A model generated the notes under the pieces. The model ran no database searches, was not told where the DNA came from, and worked only from the letters and a program-made list of their open reading frames with translations. DNA of 64,000 nucleotides from the human T2T-CHM13v2.0 reference genome, Homo sapiens. Below are positions 60,970 through 64,000 of the stretch, piece by piece (the stretch's first letter is position 1; each line of letters opens with the position of its first letter). The position numbers and the translations under genes were made by a program. The DNA lies in the NCBI RefSeq assembly GCF_009914755.1, contig NC_060935.1. One strand, written 5' to 3'.

Positions 60970-61394
60970 TAAAGAGTCATTATCATTTTAAGTAGATTTC
61001 TTCATATTCTAACTTATTATTTATAACTGCTGAATTTGACAAATGTCTTACTATCATCTAATAATATTATCTCTATACACTTAATTAATAAAATTAGATT
61101 GCATTGCTGTATTTCCTGTAATTAAATTACACTTTTCTTTGAATAAAAGGTCTACTTGGTCAATACTTAATATATTATTTTTATGAGGAAGCCAACTGTT
61201 CTTCCAGCTTCTATCTCTCCAACAACAGTTACTTATGGGGTGCATAGACGTGTTCTTGGAGTAAGCTAAATCCTTTTTTGGGGGGAGAATCTAAAATCTC
61301 ACATTCTCTGGGTAACCCCGCCCAAACCCCAACCTCCACACTGTCATTAACAACATGGATTTCTGTTAAATTTAAATTTACTTGTTAAATTTAC

Positions 61395-61537
61395 AACTCA
61401 ATAATCAGGAGACAGAAGTGTCTTGAAAGCCAAATACAGATAGTGTTTCAAGAAAGAAGAAATCATCTCTTTGAGTCAAATTGTGTTGAGGGTCAAGTGG
61501 TGGGTGAAGTAAGATGAGAACTTAAAATTGACCAGTG
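61395..61537 (-). mobile_element. L2 internal fragment
   Basis: Reverse complement ggtcaattttaagttctcatcttact...ttcttgaaacact...ttggctttcaagacac. Confidence 0.55.
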
Positions 61538-61556
61538 AGTGATTTAATCTTGGTCA

Positions 61557-62160
61557 CATGGTCATTTTTCAATTTCTATCTTACTTGCTATATTTGGCTT
61601 CCAAAAAATCTTCTGTCACTTGTTGGTCTTCATACCTAAGCGGCCAGTCCTTCTCCATTGTTTTTGGTTCTTTCCCATTCTCTTTACCTCAATATAGGAG
61701 TGCCCCAGAAATCAAAATATACTACAAATTAACTAATTCTTTTGGTAATCTCACCAAATCCTTTGATGCAAATGCTTATGATTTATATTAAATATGTTAC
61801 CAAATTTATCTTTCTGACCAGGCCTTTTATCCTGAAATCTAGAATATTGTGAACACACAATTTATGTATCTAAATGCTTACTCAAGAGTACCATTTGAAT
61901 ATATAATGAACAGGTTCAGAACATACCCCTAATCATTTCCTCCAACCCTTTAGTCATTCAAATTTCAGGAATGGCAGTTCAATTAATTACTCTAAGCACT
62001 AAGAAAAAAATATTTAAATTGTATCTAACATTCATCGTTCTCTGTACCCCACATCATTCCTGTTTTTTTTTTCTTTTAAATAGACATAGTGTACATAGCC
62101 ATTCTCTCATTTCCTTAATCATGTTCACAACAGGTTTATCTGTTTTCTCAGTCTTTGAAA
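61557..62160 (+). mobile_element. L2 internal fragment
   Basis: atggtcatttttcaatttctatcttacttg...ttggcttccaa...ggccagtccttctcc...taggagtgccccag. Confidence 0.6.
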
Positions 62161-63479
62161 AATGCTAAATTTTGAATTTATTTATCCTTTAGGCTAGTTT
62201 AGGTTTTTATATTTTACACATTTTTTAAATCTTTGTATATTTTCTCTTTCTAATATTTTATTTTTTCTTACCTTGTAAAATGAGTAATAACTTTTTCATT
62301 TTTTATTTATTTATGAATAAATTTAAAGCTATACAATTTATTTTGAAGGTATCTTTTGCTGTATTTCATAGATTTTGGTGGGAAATATTATTCTTTTTCT
62401 TATTTCATAATCCATAATTTGTTTTAATATTCTGTTTAATCCATGGGTTGTTCAAAAGTTTAATTTTTTTTATTTTTGTATACTCGTATCCTAACTTTTT
62501 GTTAAAATTGTTGTCTTTCTCTTCTAAAAACCTCTATTTTATTAGCTAATTCTTTTAACTTCTCTCATCTTCTTTCTTTTTCTGTTTATCCACTTTAGGA
62601 ATTATGAAATTAGTCTTTGTCCATTCAGTATAGAAAGAGGAGATAGTTCTGTAAATGGTTAAAGATTGGGTGGTCTGCCATTTGTACAGGCTAATAAGTC
62701 ACCAGCCTTCTGTTTACTCTGTTTGTAATCTATGCATGTCAAAAGTGGGGATAACTCCTGCCAACCTGCAAAGCTCTTTCTAAATTATTTGAAGGCCAAG
62801 AAAATGGGGGATACTAGTACTAGGTGTTGCTAATTTCTTTCTTCTCTTCCTACCCTATCTGGGACCTAAGCAACTTCTGAGATTTTCCTTTCCCAGGACT
62901 CTGCTGTACTGATTTACAGGCTTGCATAAAGGCTGGAGAGAAAAAAGTTTCCATCTCTGCATCACAACTTCCAGGCTTTTGCTTCCTGTTAGCATCAGCT
63001 GCTATTTAGCTATGTAGAGCAAGTAAAATGGCTGCTTAGGAACTCACTGGAACTGAAAGGCAAGCTGGAGACATTATTTTGGCATGTTTCTAGATTTCCC
63101 TTTATACCTTTTAAATAAAGTTTTAATTCTGGAAGTTTATAAACTTATCTTTGGCTTGCAAGAGATATAAGATAGTTCAGTACGTACAGCAGAATGGAAA
63201 TCTGAATGCCGGGCTCTCTGCAGTTTCAGCTTTATCCTTGATTGGCACTTGTCCTTAAATCTAAATTTTCTGAAATCCTAGCTTCCACAGCTTATCTTCT
63301 TTGTTGCAACTGCAAAGTCAAACAAGCAAGCTCAGATAGGAAACTTTAGTGCAACCACATTACAGATATTCCATTGTAAAGTACTAACACTTCTTGCATG
63401 GCAATATTGATAACCTCATTTCCTATCTGGTGTTTGAATATGAATCATTGACGATTTAAAACGAGTAAGTAAAATAATA

Positions 63480-63900
63480 AGGATTGTAGTGGCATTACTA
63501 TTGACCTATTCCAGCCTTGCCCCTTCCCTTAATGATCTCCTAAAAAAAAATCCTTCCTTCATGTTTCTTTCAGCATGATTTTCTTGAATTGCAAACCTAC
63601 TCATGGCACTCTCAGGTGTAAAACACGAAAATGCTTCCTCATAGCTTTTAGCATTTTTTGTTGTCACAAAAAGCAGCTATCTGATTTTTATTTAACACCA
63701 TAGTGCTGCCTTTGACTGCCAGAATATAATTTTCAGTTTATATTTATTTATTGAATAAGTAGTTCACCCAAAGCAGTGGGAGCAGTTTTGTTCACCTTGA
63801 TGACAGGAATTGTGCCTAGTTTTATGTGTCCACACCAAATTTGACACCTGCTATGTGTTCCATAAATATATATTGAAGAAAGTAAGAGATGAAGGAATAG
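63480..63900 (+). mobile_element. L2 3' region
   Basis: tcttgaattgcaaacctactcatggcactct...gacaggaattgtgcc...cataaatatatattgaa. Confidence 0.5.
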
Positions 63901-64000
63901 ATACAGATATGTGTTTTTCTGAGATTTTGAGGAGAATTATCCTTATTGTGGTACAACATTTAGATATGCTGATCTGAATATAACTTAATTTTTTTTCTTT

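Larger units (their letters stand above)
60560..61190 (-). mobile_element. Old L1M ORF2 fragment
   Basis: atatagagaaaagctattgattttttgtac...gagaatccttgtatattttctga...tctacttggtca. Confidence 0.5.

Overview
AT-rich, CpG-poor primate genomic DNA (AluY plus L1PA3/4- and L1PA5-like elements point to an ape, probably human). It looks intronic or intergenic. I found no recognisable cellular protein-coding exon, RNA gene, CpG island or CRISPR array. The only protein-like ORFs are broken pieces of LINE-1 ORF2 (endonuclease/RT/C-terminal region). Much of the window is transposon fossils: 4 Alus plus a free left monomer, three minus-strand L1PA elements, older L1M, L2 and MIR copies, MaLR/ERVL/ERV1 solo LTRs and DNA transposons (Tigger3, MER5, MER45, FordPrefect-like). 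Subfamily names come from remembered consensus sequences, and boundaries of old repeats are approximate. Most notable: (1) neighbouring L1PA copies of apparently different subfamilies share patches of non-consensus variants, including the same 2-bp frameshift, suggesting local ectopic gene conversion; (2) a ~126-bp templated insertion copied from 2.9 kb away, with a fold-back filler junction, plus several other template-switch or hairpin scars; (3) an L1 without TSDs joining unrelated flanks (probable deletion); (4) a strong CTCF motif and several motif-dense unique blocks; (5) weak minus-strand exon candidates, including a 12-nt microexon. I cannot support a new protein-coding system here.
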